A DNA stretch of 53,267 nucleotides, filler included, from Dirinaria sp. TL-2023a (GCA_051941275.1; 3 parts of 3 records of this genome joined end to end with filler, not necessarily neighbours in it); one strand, 5' to 3'. Shown: positions 1 to 13,886, counted from the first letter of the whole stretch. A program made the numbers and translations. Notes: a model not told the origin generated them from the sequence alone.

Positions 1-21
1 GAATTTAATTTTGGTGCTTAC

Positions 22-677
22 ATGAGTCCAACACCCATCAGAATGCATAGACCAGCTTTCACGCGCATCGAAATTTGGACTTTCCAGAGGAGTACGATGG
101 GGAAGAGCGCGAGCATAACATCCGATATGATTGAGATGAGGGCTTGTGAGATGATGATTCGCTGCAATTGCGCGTCGGTGAAGCAGTGGCCCGCGATATT
201 CTTGTTCCATGTACTGTCGATCGGATTGCATTGAAAAATCCATAGCAGCGTAAGGACGACGTTGCTAACAATTAATGCAATGATCGCCGCTTGGATTGGT
301 CGTAGTAGATATCGCTCCACGGGGATTCGGAGTAGGAAAAAGCAGATGGAGACTTTCGTGAACATCAAGGTTTGGAATGTTTGAATCCACTCCCCATAAG
401 AAAATTTTTGGAATTCGCTATATTGCCATTGCGAAAGCTCTCCTTTGTGTCTTCCGAACCCGTAATGGACTTGGACAATGACGAGGGCAGCGCCAATTAT
501 GACTCCGAATGCAGCGAAGAGAATGGTGTAGTCGTCCCAACCGACGCTGCGAACGATCCATATTCGGGTCGCGAGTCGTAGCACTACGGTCACAGACGCA
601 AGGACCGAGACTACTACGGTTGTTGCAATCATTCCTGGGCCACGGTCCTCATGGGATGGCGCTCCTGAGCTGCTCAT
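22..677 (-). CDS. PTH11-like integral membrane protein (fungal rhodopsin-domain family, no CFEM domain); first exon, gene continues off the left edge
   Basis: Multi-TM ORF with family-typical motifs LRLATR..GWDD, YGFGRH, TKVSIC..LLRI, FQCNP..W, SDVMLALFP..LLWKVQ. The ORF ends at a GTAAGC donor at 21. Confidence 0.85.
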
Positions 678-1753
678 CTTGAAACGTATGCGACACGATT
701 CTCAGCATTGACCGACGAGTGCTGCCTGTTAAGCGACTTGTTCTGCAAAATCAAGCCTGAATAAGGCTTCGAACCAGGCTGCCGGTATTCGAACAGGTTT
801 TCGAAGAGGAGCAGTGTCGGCCATGGCACAGCTCGATAGATATACCAGCACACACGGGTTCGTAAGCATTCGTCATTTTTTGGGCTGCTTGCCTACCGAG
901 TTCGCCTAAGTAGCAGTGCCCTTTGAGAGAAGATCTTCTCGCCGCAAGTGAGGATGCCACATGACTGCATACAGCTCCACGTTTTCGGAGCAGTGCCCGC
1001 AAGAAGGGTGCCTTTAAATGGTTGCGCTGATACTCTCATTCTGATGATTGGCCGTCAGGAAGGCGTAGTAAACAGGGTCTCCAAGGCTGGAATTTCTTAC
1101 CCCGCGCGATGTGTTTGCGAGTCCGATTGCTTGATGCGTCGATGCGGCGAAGAAGATAACCCTGCATCGACATAGCGAGAACGATTTTTTCTAATCGGCG
1201 ATTCACGATATCACAGTACGTACTATTGTCAAAAAGAGGCACTTCAACGCCGATCGACTGTTTTCTGCAGTTTGATGGCGGCATTGCCTGGTTTGGGGTT
1301 TCATGTTGATAGGTAAAATCGTTTTGGGCACGTTTTTTAGATCGAGTTGCCTTGGGTTGCCTTGTCGTGCATAGCCAATTGAGGTCGAGAACAACCGAGG
1401 GGATGATGCAAACTTCAATTGGAGCTGCATGACGAATCACACCCACCCACGAAAGCAATTGAACGAAACCACGCAACCCTTCGCCCCTCAAAGCCCGGCG
1501 AAATACATTCAAATGCGCGTTTCAGACTCTCAAAAGATACCAGAAAGTCATATAGCTTGTGTTATGCGAGTAGGTGGGCTAGCCTTTATCAAATACTCCG
1601 CCTCTTGGTATGAAAGCTAGAGCTACATTGTCTGTTTCAGCCTCACAGACGGGCACATAAGTGGCAACTCGAACCGGTAAGTAGCAAGGAAGATCGGTGA
1701 TAAAGTCGATATGCTCTGTATGATGATCCGGACTCTATGAGTGTCGAAGTAAG

Positions 1754-4122
1754 TCAGCCCTCGGCCTCTATTTCATAGCTATTGGATTTATGCTTCGGCT
1801 CGAATTTGAAATCCTTGTGTGCAGGCCCGAGGAACATTTCACTGGATGTTCCGTTAGCTGCATCGCGTACCCGGGCTTTTGCATTTTCATACCTGATCTT
1901 GATCCAATCTTTGTAATTACCACTCCCCAATAACGTCTCCAGCTCATTCCTGCCTCTCCACGCGGGCGGCCTGTCCTGGAGACTTGGTGGTAAGTACTCT
2001 AAGATCCCTACAGGCACATACCGATACGCAAAACTCAGCCATTCGAGGAGGAATCTCCGGGTAAGTCCAACACCCATCTCATCGCTTCCCCACGTCTCGA
2101 GGCCGTAACGCACATATTGCTCTACCAAGCCCAGCCGCTCACTCGCCGACTTGTCAAGGTACTGCCCCTTTTCGATTTCCTCGAAGAGCCACGGTTTGAT
2201 GAGTGCGCCGCGGGCGAGCATAACCGCATCTACCCCAGACGATGAAAGCGAGTCCTGGTAGGAGGTGTGAGAGTAGCAATCACCATTGCCGAGAAAGTAG
2301 ACTTTGCCTCCATTCGGCTGGGATCGTGGATCTGGTTCACGCGCTGTGTCTGCCACCTCGTCTTCGTTCTCATGGTACCGTTTGATCAGCGCCGCACATT
2401 CGGAAATATATCCCCAATCCGCATTTCTTGTATATCGCTGCTGTCGACTTCGTCCATGTAGCGTTATCGCTGCGGTACCGCATGAGCCTAGATCGTGTTC
2501 GTAGGACGTTTGCCCGCCATAAATGAGGCGGTCAATCAATTTTTCAGCAGTTGGTCGGTTGTCTTTTGTTCCCATGCGGATTTTGACCGTGATCGGGATT
2601 TCGCCAGATACAGCGTTCATGCCTCTGACGATGTTCTCGAGTTTCGAGCCGCGGTCTAACAGTGCACTGCCGGCGCCAGCGCGGTAGACAAGGTCAATAG
2701 GGCAGCCACAGTTGAGATCGATGACGCGAAGTTGAGAACAATACTTGCCGAGAACTTCAGTCGCTTTCAGAGCCTGCCAAGGCTTGGAGGCTGCAATTTG
2801 AGCGCCGAATTTACTATCCTTTCTATTATCATACCCTTCGACAACTGGATACTTGCCGCTATACTTAGGGGGTACGGCTTCCGAGGGGTGGGCCCGCATC
2901 AGTGCCCATTCTGACTTCTGACCTTGAAGAAGGGGAATGCTCATCGCCATTTCGGAGTACGTGACTTGCGCGCCATGAGATATACAGAGGCGTCGGAATG
3001 CTAGGTTTCCTTGGGTTGTCAGGGGTGCGAGAACTGGTGTTTCGGGACCAAAGTAGATTTTGCGTTTTTCTGAAGGGAGGAAGGGAGGCTCGACGTAGCG
3101 TGCGCGGTTATCGTGCTTGGTCGTCTCCTTTTCTTTTCCCTCCGTGATAGTATTCGACCCATCGGGTTGGCTCTCGTTTTGCGGGCCATCGTGGCTATCG
3201 TTCAATTGGCCTAGTTTCTCAATCCACTGGCTGAATTGATCCGCTTTGGGGGTCTTGACCTTCCGCTTAGTCAAATCGATCTTCCCTTGAGTCGAGATCT
3301 CATTCAGAAGGCCATCAGTTGAGACAGGTTCCACGCTGTCTGAATCTGGTGTTTTCTCAAGCAGTACTAGCTCCTTTCTCCCGTCTTCAATGGTTCTTTC
3401 TTCAGAGTGGGACGCTGCAAATCGACATTTCCAGCCTGAATCACACTTTCCCTTAAGGCTCCAAGTAGGGCAGACTCCCGCAAAGGTGGACAGATCCTCC
3501 CTTTTCCAGTCTTTCAGATACTTGCGTAGATCGTGCTCAAACTTACATTTCTCGCCGAATCGGCACTCTTGAGGTGAAAATTCCGGTCTGTTGGCGCGGC
3601 TCTGGCATAATCCTATCTCGTCTCTGGAAGAGCCGAAATTGCGGTTAGTGTTCTGGCCCTTGGCTTTGTCCTTCTTACTTCGGTCTCGGTCGTCTGGGAC
3701 TTTGTGGGCTGCGCTTTCTGCGGCATCATCATTGGCTGCTGTAGTATGTATATCCCCTCTACTCCCAGGCGGATAGATCAAAAATCTATGACCTGTTAAG
3801 TACGAACAAGGCCAAAAATCTACTGAGGATAAGAACCGTACTCTGGCTTGATAGGTGCAACGCCTTTCTGTCTGTCGTGCTGTCTTGAGCCTTTATGCTC
3901 CGGTTCAGCCTCGAGTTTCACACGTTTCGCTCGTGACTCCTCGAAGTCGGCAGAAGCTCCGTGGCGTTCGACCTTCTCGGCTCTGGTGACGGCAGAATCT
4001 TCGTCTTTTGGGTCTTGCTGTGGGTGAACCAACCTCTCTGTAGCATCTGCTCTGGTATCGGTGGCCAAGCTACTTTCTGGGTCTAACGGATTTGCGATAT
4101 CATTTTGGTCATGAGTGGACAT
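1754..4122 (-). CDS. DUS3: tRNA-dihydrouridine(47) synthase Dus3
   Basis: CCCH zinc fingers, [32 protein letters not shown], and C-terminal [10 protein letters not shown]. First exon 4122-~3841 (KGVAPIKPE), intron ~3789-3840, and an in-frame 51-nt intron at 1842-1892. Confidence 0.93.
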
Positions 4123-5055
4123 TATATGACAGGTCTTGAGTAGTATCAAATACTATCAGTGGGCAGGGAACGGACCGACCCCTGGGACTTCGTCGCATGC
4201 ACCAAAACCCGAATGGCATTGATATTGCTCTTGATTGATAATCAAAGGCAGTTATTGCCACCACTGGGGGGTTGTAGGGAAACGACAGCAAAATTACCTT
4301 ACTGAAGGTACCTTACTACCATGATTACGTAATGCAAGAGTACTCAACCGAATTATTCAGCCAAGGAGAACCGATCACCGAGGACTCGTTCCCTCCCTCC
4401 AGCCGAGTACGTAGGTAGTGTTGAGAGTAAAGTATGACTGGAAGCCGAGGAAGCTTGGCGGACGCCTATTTAAGGCCTTGTCGAATACTTGTTCCCAGGA
4501 CCAGTGATTCTCCTCCTTGATGGGCCGACACCCGAGTATCCAATCCAATCCCGACAATTCCCCCTTCGTCATATTTCGAGTCACATCCTACCGTACCTTA
4601 GGCCACCCAAACAACAAGCGCCAGTCAACCGCTGCAAGAGGAGGGGTTTGAATACCTGGTGCATAACGCACGAACAAACCTACGTAACTACTAGAAGGAA
4701 ATCCGACCTTCGCGCATTCATCCCCAACATCTTCCCGCCGCTCTCCCAACCACACCGCTGTTCTCTCTCAACATCAGTGAAGCTGGATCCTCGAGATACC
4801 CCCCCTCCTCTACACCATTCGCCTGCCACCAGCGATCTCGAACCTGCTTCGACCGCAGAACCCACGCCTGTGGGAACCCCACGAGCCTTCGACATTCCGT
4901 CCAGGCGGCGGTCCCAGAAAGAAAAGGAGAAGGACCTCCTATTCTCCTGGCACCGCAGAGCGCATGGTTTGGCCGAAACCCCAACTTCGTATGTTGACTC
5001 AGCGCTGCTTGAGTGTGACTTCGAAGACGCGCCCTTCCCGCTCTTCGGTGATTCG

Positions 5056-7050
5056 ATGACATACGACATGGCGAGTCAGTCGAACGCTATCGACATCGGT
5101 CCTACCTCCCCACGACAAAACCAGGCTTCAAACCTCACCTCTGCGCTGCAGTCTACCACGGGAAATGAGATGAGGCCATCTCAAGCCGTGAGCAATGGTG
5201 GCATGAACTGGAAGACGAATGGATTTGGGACTGGACATCGTGAGTCGCGCGACTCGCTGAGCAGCGGTACGGGGATCGAATCGCGAAGTAATAGCGGAGC
5301 ACAACCAATATCGATGAACCGGGACAAGCCGCGGAGAGAGAGCTTGGCTGGCAGCATGGTAGGCGGCATGAGCTGGGGTGGGGTTTCGGTCAGCAGCTGG
5401 GTTCGAGACGAGTAAGTCCCTGGATAACTAGTGTGTCACTGATGACGTTCGGTGTCACTTTGCGGGACTCAGGCAACGCTTTTCTTGTATGTCGCTAACG
5501 TCTTCCAGCATCATCATGGAAGGCTCTTCCCCGTTTCCATACCAATCACCCTCCTACCATTCCTCGTCGTACCTGCCAAAGCTCGAAGCAAACTTCATGA
5601 AAGACTTCAGATGTTGTGGAATAACACTACCGTCAACCCACGAACTCTTACAACATTACGAAGAGAACCACGCTCAGCAAATGCCAGCATCTCGGAAGAC
5701 CTCTGCGCAGACCAACGCTGACAGCAGAAAGACAAGTATTGCCAACACAGTACCTGCCGCTCAAGGGAGAGTCGCGCAAACCGAGCCAAACAGCGTGTCA
5801 TCAATACCAGCGCAAAGCTCTGCGGCGCACCAGAGCTCAACAGTTCCGGTCATCGCACAAAACCACACACAACCAACCGAGAACGTCTCTGCTGGTCTTG
5901 CCAGCCAAGTTCCTACAGCTCAGGATATCGATGGCCTACAGGATATGGAAATGGACATGGATGACGACTCTACAGCACCTGCTACGAACACCCAGCAGCC
6001 AGAGTACCCTGTGCAGAGCCAACCACGGATGACTCAGCGGTCACAATTCGGCCAGCCAAGCTCTACGAGGGTTCCTCCACTAGACCTCAATGCAATGAAC
6101 ATGGGTAGTCAATTCCAGCAGCATCAAGGCCTTCGGAATTCAACCCCCTCGACACCAATAGCTCCCGGCCGAAGCGCCCAATTTTACCAGAATAATCCTA
6201 CAGTATCTTCGGTAAACACCCCTACATTAAGTGCACATCCGCGGCAACAGCAGCAAAGATATACTCCCGACTCCTCTGCTCCTGGTACTCCTGGTGAATT
6301 GAATCCGGAGTTCCTTGGGAATTATGGCAATCTGAACATGAGCAACCAAAATTTCCTTCCAAACCAATTCAATGGTTTTGGGGGGTACTACGATTATGCT
6401 AATGGAAATGACATGCTTGATCTCTGTATAGATGAACCAGCTAAACGGCTGTTCCAACACAACGGCGGACAGAAGCCTCCTAAGCAATCGCAGACTGCTT
6501 CCTCATCACAATTAGGGGACGGCCAGTACAGCGAGAACAGCGAATTGGCGAGGACGATCCGTGAGCAGCAGAGGGCAGCAGGCGTGCCTGATCCTCCAAC
6601 AGAAAATGGCGTGCCAAAACCCTTCCACTGCCCCGTTATTGGCTGTGAGAAGGCGTACAAGAATCAAAATGGTCTGAAATACCATAAAGCTGTAAGCCTC
6701 CAGTATTGTTCCGCTCTGTACAAGTACCGCGATACTGACACCGCTAGCATGGACATAATACCCAGCAACTAACAGCAAACGATAATGGCACTTTTTCGAT
6801 AGTCGACCCCGAAACGCTCAGCCCATATCCCGGCACTCTTGGCATGGAGAAGCACAAGCCCTATCGATGTGACAGCTGCGGCAAGAGGTACAAAAACCTC
6901 AACGGCTTGAAATACCACAAAAACCATTCTCCCCAATGCGACAATGACAGCCAAATTCGTCCGAACCAGACGAGCAATGCACCGAACATGCCTTCCACCA
7001 TCATGCCTGGAGCTGGCCTGTCTGAGCTCGGAGACGAGATGCAGCTCTAG
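5056..7050 (+). CDS. SFP1: Split-finger C2H2 transcription factor Sfp1 (ribosome biogenesis regulator)
   Basis: RRESLAGSMVGGMSWGGVSVSSW, LEANFMKDFRCCG..HELLQHYEENH, KPFHCPVIGCEKAYKNQNGLKYH, KPYRCDSCGKRYKNLNGLKYH. Introns 5412-5508 and 6692-6747. The start is the first in-frame ATG and is uncertain. Confidence 0.9.
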
Positions 7051-8111
7051 CCATTTCGTCTCGATCTTGTACTATCATATTCACTTCGCCATGGCCGGTC
7101 CACTACTCCCTTAATGAACTTACTGCATAGATTGCTTACCATTGCGCTGCATTGCAACGGCGTTCAACATGCACACTGATACACATCCCACTCTTGGCTT
7201 GCTTTATTTTTCAGAAAGATTCCCCACTGGCGCTACCTGGTTGGCTTGGCTTGGCTTTTCTACATATCCGAAGATGCTTTCGGCTCCAATCGACTTTGGA
7301 TAGCCCGAAGGGTCCAGGTGTCTCCGCTAATTCGTTTCTCGTCTGATTGTTTGAGATAGTCTACACTGCTCGGCGCTTTAGGAGCGGTTAGGAGGAACAA
7401 GTGTGCAAGGTGTGTTAGTACAGAGAAGACTCAGGAGTCGGTGCACAAATAGTTATCGGGATATATTCTTATTCGTATAAGGTAGATAATCAGACAAGGC
7501 GGAAATTCCTCTCGGATTTGACGTTGGGATTGATTTCCCTGCCCTCGCAGATGCGCTCGTTTCATGCATTAAGGGAGTAAGTAACTCATGGCAAAAGGTC
7601 ATCAATGAAATGATGACGGTTCAGCCCATCATTCAAGTGTCATCATTAAAGAGAAAAGTCAAGGGACTAGGACTGTACGGAGGTCGACGCCATAATTCCT
7701 GGCTAGCGTCATGTACGCCAAGACCAGTCGTCCAGGTAACTACAGGTAGACTTTGGAGAGCCTGGGTAGCAAGTTGGAACGCTCGGGTGATAATATTAGG
7801 TGCTCCCGTAGGCGACTTTCAGTTGACCCCACCTGTAGCATTGACAGCGCTAGCCAGGACTTATGGCGTCGACCTCCATACTAGGGTTGGGCTATCGAAG
7901 ATTGATGCATCCTCGGCCCGACTTCGGAGAATCCTGTAAGCGTATGTTGGCATTATGAAGCTGAAGCTGCGAAACTACTGTCTCGTGCCGTGCATTTAGT
8001 GCTGGATTGACTAGCAGTGCAGAATTCAACATGATATTGCGCTGATCCCATATTGACACTGATGATACTGGTCACTTCCAGTAAGCGTGTCTGAGTGTTT
8101 CAGTTAAAGCA

Positions 8112-10855
8112 ATGCGCAAGACATGGCTATCAGTACCTGGGTGTATGTTTGTTCTAATATCTCCAACACAAGAACTCGCTGATTTCGTAATCTGTGCCTA
8201 AGTTGTTCTCTGGCTCCTTCTTCCTACAATTCATGCACAACAGCAAGATGGCGTCGCTGCAGCCCAACCCTTAAAAGAGACCGAACAAACTTCAAATACA
8301 AAGCAGTATGCTGTTGCAAAGGGGAATCCTGAAGAGCTTGCGAGAATACAACAAGACGAGAACAAGAGACATAGGACCCAGGGTAGTTTTCTGCGAAAAC
8401 GACATCCTGACAGAGAAAGCCATGCTGAAAGGATTATAGCATCATACGCAGTTCAAGAAGCTCTATCGATCCTTGAGACGATCCACCCATCCCAGAGCCG
8501 CCTGACTCGTGGTGAGAGAAATAATGGAGTCTTCGGAACGACGCTTTACTACGCAAAGGAGGTCTTTCAATTGCTTTTCATGAATGGTCCATCGCAAGAT
8601 GATTACAGTAGTACAAGTCCCTCAAAGCGGAAGCTCAGCAAGCCTCTCGCAAAAGCTATAAAACTTTTGGAAAACGCTGCAGAGGACGAGGACCAAGACG
8701 CGATTTTCTTGTTGGCTGAGATGAGTTTCTTTGGGAATTATACGTATCCGAAGAATTACCAAGAAGCTTTTCGGTGGTACGACGATCTCGCATCGCTCAG
8801 TGGGAATAGCTCGGCGCAGCACATGCTGGGATTCATGTATGCCACAGGTATTGGCGGGTCGGTGGAGAGGGATCAAGCAAAGGCTTTGATGTACCATACA
8901 TTCGCGGCTCTGGGCGGCAACACGGAATCCCAGATGACCATCGCATATCGACACCATACCGGGATCGGTACACCTAGGAACTGTAATGAAGCCGCGTATT
9001 GGTACAAAGAAGTGGCCGACAAGGCTATATCATACTCCAGGTCTGGGCCACCTGGTGGCCAATCCTTGGCCAGAGACGTCTTCCGCATCGCTGACGAGCA
9101 TGGTGGCGTCTATGGCGAAGGTGCCAGTGTAGTCAGCTCTGGTGTTCATGCCAACAAAGCTGGACCGAATTCGGATCAACATGCAGCGTTTGATGATGTT
9201 CTGGAATATTTAGATCTGATGTCGCGAAAAGGCGACATTAAAGCTACTTTCAGTCTTGGTCGTATATACTACGAAGGATCTCGCACCATGAAGCGTAACC
9301 TACGGGCTGCGCGACGCCACTTCATGATGGTAGCACGCAAATACTGGGCCAAAGATGGTTCGCTTGTCACCGAAGACGGCGGTACTGGAAAAATTGCAGC
9401 TAAGGCTGCAGGGTATCTCGGCCGGATGTTTCTTCGTGGGGAAGGCATGGAGCAAAGCTTCGACAAAGCTTTGACCTGGTTTAGGAGAGGGCTTACCAAC
9501 GGAGACGCCTTGTGTGAATACGAGCTTGGTCTGATGTATCTCGAGGGTCTGGGCGTTCGTAAAGATCCCATGACCGCAGCCGATTACTTCAAGGAGGCGG
9601 CGAACCAGGATTTTGCATCTGCGCAGGTCAGGCTCGCGCAGTTGTTTCTTGATCAAGGAGATATCACGACGGCCACTCGCTACTTGGACATTGCAGCGCG
9701 ACAGGGTCATATCGAAGCCTTCTATCACTTGGCGGAGATCAGCAACAACGGCATCGGCCGTGAAAGATCCTGTGGCATGGCGACGGCTTACTACAAGCTT
9801 GTGGCTGAGAAAGTTGAGACACTACACTCGGCTTTTGACGAAGCCAACATGGAGTACGAAGAAGGCGACATAGAGGAGGCGTTGGTCACATATATGATGG
9901 CCGCTGAACAGGGCTATGAGGCGAGTCAAGCCAATGTAGCTTACATACTCGATGAGCATAGGTCGATTCTATCCCTTGATTCTCTCATGCCGTGGAAGAA
10001 ACGGCGCTCGACTCTGCTTCAAGACGCCGTTCTAGCCTTGATCTTTTGGACCCGCTCAGCCAAGCAATCCAACATCGATTCTCTGGTGAAGATGGGCGAT
10101 TACTATCTCGGCGGCTACGGCAGTGAAAAGGACATGGAGAAGGCGGCAACATGCTATCAGACGGCCGCGGAAACGCACCAGAGCGCGCAGGCATTGTGGA
10201 ACCTTGGATGGATTCACGAGAACGGTATTGGCGTCGAGCAGGACTTCCATCTTGCCAAGCGCTTCTACGACCAAGCGCTGGAAACCAGCGCAGAATCGTA
10301 CCTGCCTGTCAGGCTGAGTCTAACCAAGCTACGAGTGCGAAGTGCTTGGAACACGCTTACGCATGGGAAGGTCAACTCCATCCAGTCTGAGCCAGGTAAG
10401 ACCAGGGTTCCCTCCCTCTTCCCACCCGGCACCTTTCGCTGATTTGTGTAGAACCTCGCAAGGCATGGTCCTTTAGCGAATGGATCTCCAATTTCGTTGC
10501 TGACGACGACTCTTCCAACGCTTACTATCAGTCCGCCGAGGACGACGATTTCGTCGACCAGCAAGCCGACACGATGCCGGGCGGCGACGATTTTTACGAC
10601 ATCATCGACGAGAGCATCGTTGAAAGCCTGATCATCATCGGATTGGCCGCCACATTGGCATTTCTAGTGTATTACCGCCAGCAGCGGCAGACGAATCACC
10701 AGAGACAGCAGGTTCAAGCGCAACAAGCGCAGGTACAAGGAGGAGTGCTCGGCGTGGCGCCGCCGGTGGAGGGACAGCAAGCGGATGGAGGGTTTTTCCC
10801 ACCTGTAGGAGACCCGGGTTTTGGACAATGGGTTGCTGGAGGGGTGGGGCATTAG
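8112..10855 (+). CDS. HRD3: ERAD ubiquitin-ligase component Hrd3/Sel1L (Sel1-repeat membrane protein)
   Basis: Many Sel1 repeats (AQHMLGFMYATGIG, LVKMGDYYLGG, ALWNLGWIHENGIGVEQDFHLAKRFYD), a signal-peptide-like start, and a C-terminal TM followed by WVAGGVGH. Introns ~8141-8202, ~8382-8439 and 10396-10451. Confidence 0.9.
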
Positions 10856-11200
10856 CATGGCGCTGGCGTCTTGACCGTAGAATACTCCATTACGTTGTTT
10901 GTCTATAGGAAGCAGGGTTCCCAAAAATACTGCATTATATCGTTGCCTCTATGAAGTACCACTTCCAAAGAAAACTCGATCTTATACGTGGTCATAGGAA
11001 GTACGAGTACGATTACTCCGGTGATGCCAGATATCAAAGATGTGAGTATGTCCTCTACTTCAATGAACGTTGTCGCTTCAGTAGTACAGGCTTTCATTTG
11101 CACCTTTAAAATAATTAAAATTGAGCATGTGGTGGTGAAGTTATTATGGTAAAGGCAAAAATCCTAGGATTTCTGGCGGTTGAGGAGGCGCCTACTAGAT

Positions 11201-12764
11201 GTATTGGGGAGTTCTCGCTTAACAGCCCAAAATTGGCCTAGCGTTGGAAGGCTACTGATAAGCGAGAATTGTGTCACGTTACCATCCTCCCAACGCGCCT
11301 TTCTCCCAAATACCTAGTTCCACACGATTGTTCAGTCTGTTTCCAATCGTTCCTATCCATGCCTATCTATCATTGCATGCGCAATGGTAGTGCATTGCTG
11401 ATAATTCCTATCTTCCATTCTTAATATCATGTAATTCGCGGGTTTGCAATAGATCATGAGCCAGAATTCTCACTGTGCGTACGATGATACTTTCTCGTGT
11501 ACGGCGTAAGATTTGACATGTTGCAGATGAAAAACCTGTTCTCTTTATCGAGCAAGCAGGGTCGACGGATTTGCGCAAGTCATTGCATCGGCCGTTCCCG
11601 GTTCGACATTTCAGAATGATCCAATGATGGAGGACGCTCGAATGACGCTTCGATTCAAATGGATCTAATCTTTGAGGTACACTCGTCACCTGAACACTGT
11701 TTTGAAATATGTACATCGAGCTAACTGATGTCCAGACACATATCCAAGCCAAGCCTAAACAAAAAGTGATAATTACGAACTTCCCCAGAAAGTTCTGCAA
11801 TGTCAACTTTCTCAAGTACATCTCAATTCCCTCACATCAGCGTCATATATCGCACAAAATCAGAAGATGCTTTGCACAAGATACAGCACGTCTACACAGT
11901 CTGGAGAACAACTACATTGGTCTCACTAAGCAGTCAGAGCTGGCACCAAGTTCGAGCGGAGCATGGAGTTGAGAATGGCGAGACAATTCTCTCAGCACAC
12001 ATGCAGGCGCGCGTCGCAGATTCAGGATGCTTCTCATCAGCCTTCCACGCCTCCTCATTGCATTCAGTGTTGGCAGTCCGGAAAATCTCGAAAACCACTG
12101 GTTCTGTTGGACTTCTGTGCGCTTCAGCCATCTTCCCTAGTAAACTCAACGTTTTTTCAACATGTTCATCCACCCGTCTACCTCCAGTTATCGACCGGTG
12201 AGGGAGAGAAGAGTTCTGGCGTTAGAAGTAGCCTGCTGAGCAAGGTTGGTGTGGGTGTTCAAGTCATGAGAGGGATTGATGAGCATATTTCACTGTGTAA
12301 GGCCATATTCGTTATTTTCATAGTTGAACTTTGGAAGGGAAAGAGACTGGGTTGGCCCCCAAGCCCCAGAACCCGACCTACCTAGCTAGCTAATTCTTAG
12401 AATATCTCACTCAACGCAATCAAGATACCATGTGCCTCTTTTTCCACTACATGGAAGAGATAAAAAATAATTCAGTGCTCAGTCTATCTTGGAGCAATAC
12501 CAACTCCACCTCCTCAATTCCCAAAAGCAGGCGCGCTCGGCGCGTGACGGGCCAAGAGCGGCCTCGTATTGGGGAGCTCTCGCTTAACAACCCAAAATTG
12601 GCCTAGCGTTAGAAGGCTACTGATATCTTAAGCGAGAAATTTTCGGAATTTGGTAACTCAGTCACGTTACCATCCTCCAACGCGCCTTTTCCCCAAATAG
12701 TTCCACACGATTGTTCAGTCTATTTCCAATCATTCCTATCCATGCCTATCTATCATTGCATGCG
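11201..12764 (+). repeat. Near-identical ~180-200 bp direct repeats (11201-11381 and 12566-12764), each containing a 10-bp inverted repeat
   Basis: Both run gtattggggag.tctcgcttaaca.cccaaaattggcctagcgtt.gaaggctactgat...aagcgagaa...gtcacgttaccatcctcc...catgcctatctatcattgcatgcg, with few substitutions and short indels. Confidence 0.9.
12321..12392 (+). other. Conserved structured junction element, copy 1
   Basis: TAGTT..TGGAAGGGAAAGAGACTG-ggttggcccccaagccc-CAGAACCCGACCT-ac-CTAGCTAGCTA. Confidence 0.85.
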
Positions 12765-13804
12765 TGTCTGCAGTGGCTTTGATAAATTCCAAGAATGCTT
12801 GGAGCGATGTCTCCTTTAAGTGTCATCCATTTCGCCGGCTTACAACAAGTCATGAGTCCCGGATTCGCGCTGTAAGTAAGCATGCACGAACTTTGGATAG
12901 CGAGAGGCTGATCCGTTAAAGCTGAGAAGATCTTCACCGGTCGCAAAAGAAGCCTTGCAGCGGGCAAAGCCCATTCCACGAGAAAGAGAATTAGATATGT
13001 GTGCCCAGACGACACGTGCTTCGAGTAGCAGGATGGCGCCTTGAGTCCAAGTGAATCTGTCTACTTGAACATCTTACGAAGACTCTACATCTCGCACCCT
13101 TATTCCTCAACTTCCGCGATCCCCAGATCCAAATCCCAGGACACTGTCAAACTCGAGTTACAACAACCGTACTCGAAAACTCCTGTGTCGCTGAAGCAAA
13201 ATTCAACGTTCCGCAAGTAATCTTCCTGATTCCAGTACCTAGCTTGACCAGAGGTAAGCATTTCGAAGTAGCTTGTGCGTATCCGTACTGACCCTTGAGG
13301 TAGATATACCCTCTATTCTTCCTCGGCTCGCACCATAGAGATAACCCTGCAGTACCGAAATTCCACCTGTCTGCATTCTCCAGACCTTATCATTGCTTTC
13401 AACATTCCAACTCGGAAGCAATTTTGGGTTCGATCCGATCTTCTATCTGGCAATATCTGACTCTCTATTTGTTACTGAGTTTGGCACCTTAATTGACACC
13501 TCGCCGTCGTCGCACTTGAAATCGACGTGCCTGCGCAGCATTTCTTCAGTGAAGCTGGGAAAATTATTTGACGACCACCACAACAGACTCACATGTTCAC
13601 CTATCCATTTATTTCTAGCTATCGGCCGCTAAGGTAGAAGGACTGGTGGTGCTGGAGGGTAGTCTACAGAGCGAGTTTTGGGGCGCGTGTGTGTGTGCAG
13701 TATATTTTGATGTTTTTTCACACTGCAAAGGAAAGGACAACTCTACAGCAGAGGTTTCAATAACTCAAAAACGAGTCCTATGTTTTATACATCATTCCAG
13801 TCCA

Positions 13805-13875
13805 TAGTTGCCATGGAAGGGAAAGAGACTGGGGTGGTATCCAAGCCCCCAGAACCCGACCTCTCTAGCTAGCTA
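13805..13875 (+). other. Conserved structured junction element, copy 2
   Basis: TAGTT..TGGAAGGGAAAGAGACTG-gggtggtatccaagcccc-CAGAACCCGACCT-ct-CTAGCTAGCTA. Confidence 0.85.
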
Positions 13876-13886
13876 CTTGATGCATA

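Noticed and set aside
11212..11268. C/D-box snoRNA reading of the hairpin ending in CTGA plus terminal stem
   Set aside because: No RTGATGA C box after the 5' stem.
12332..12379. Resemblance of the junction to RNase P CR-V (CAGAACCCGGCUU), group II intron domain 6, or hammerhead/HDV/hairpin ribozyme cores
   Set aside because: The required partner elements (CR-I, domain 5 AGC triad, CUGANGA..GAAA, nested pseudoknot) could not be found.
13815..13851. Polypurine tract followed by TG...CA as a miniature LTR
   Set aside because: The TG...CA segment is only ~20 nt, and no PBS, TSD or gag/pol remnants were seen.
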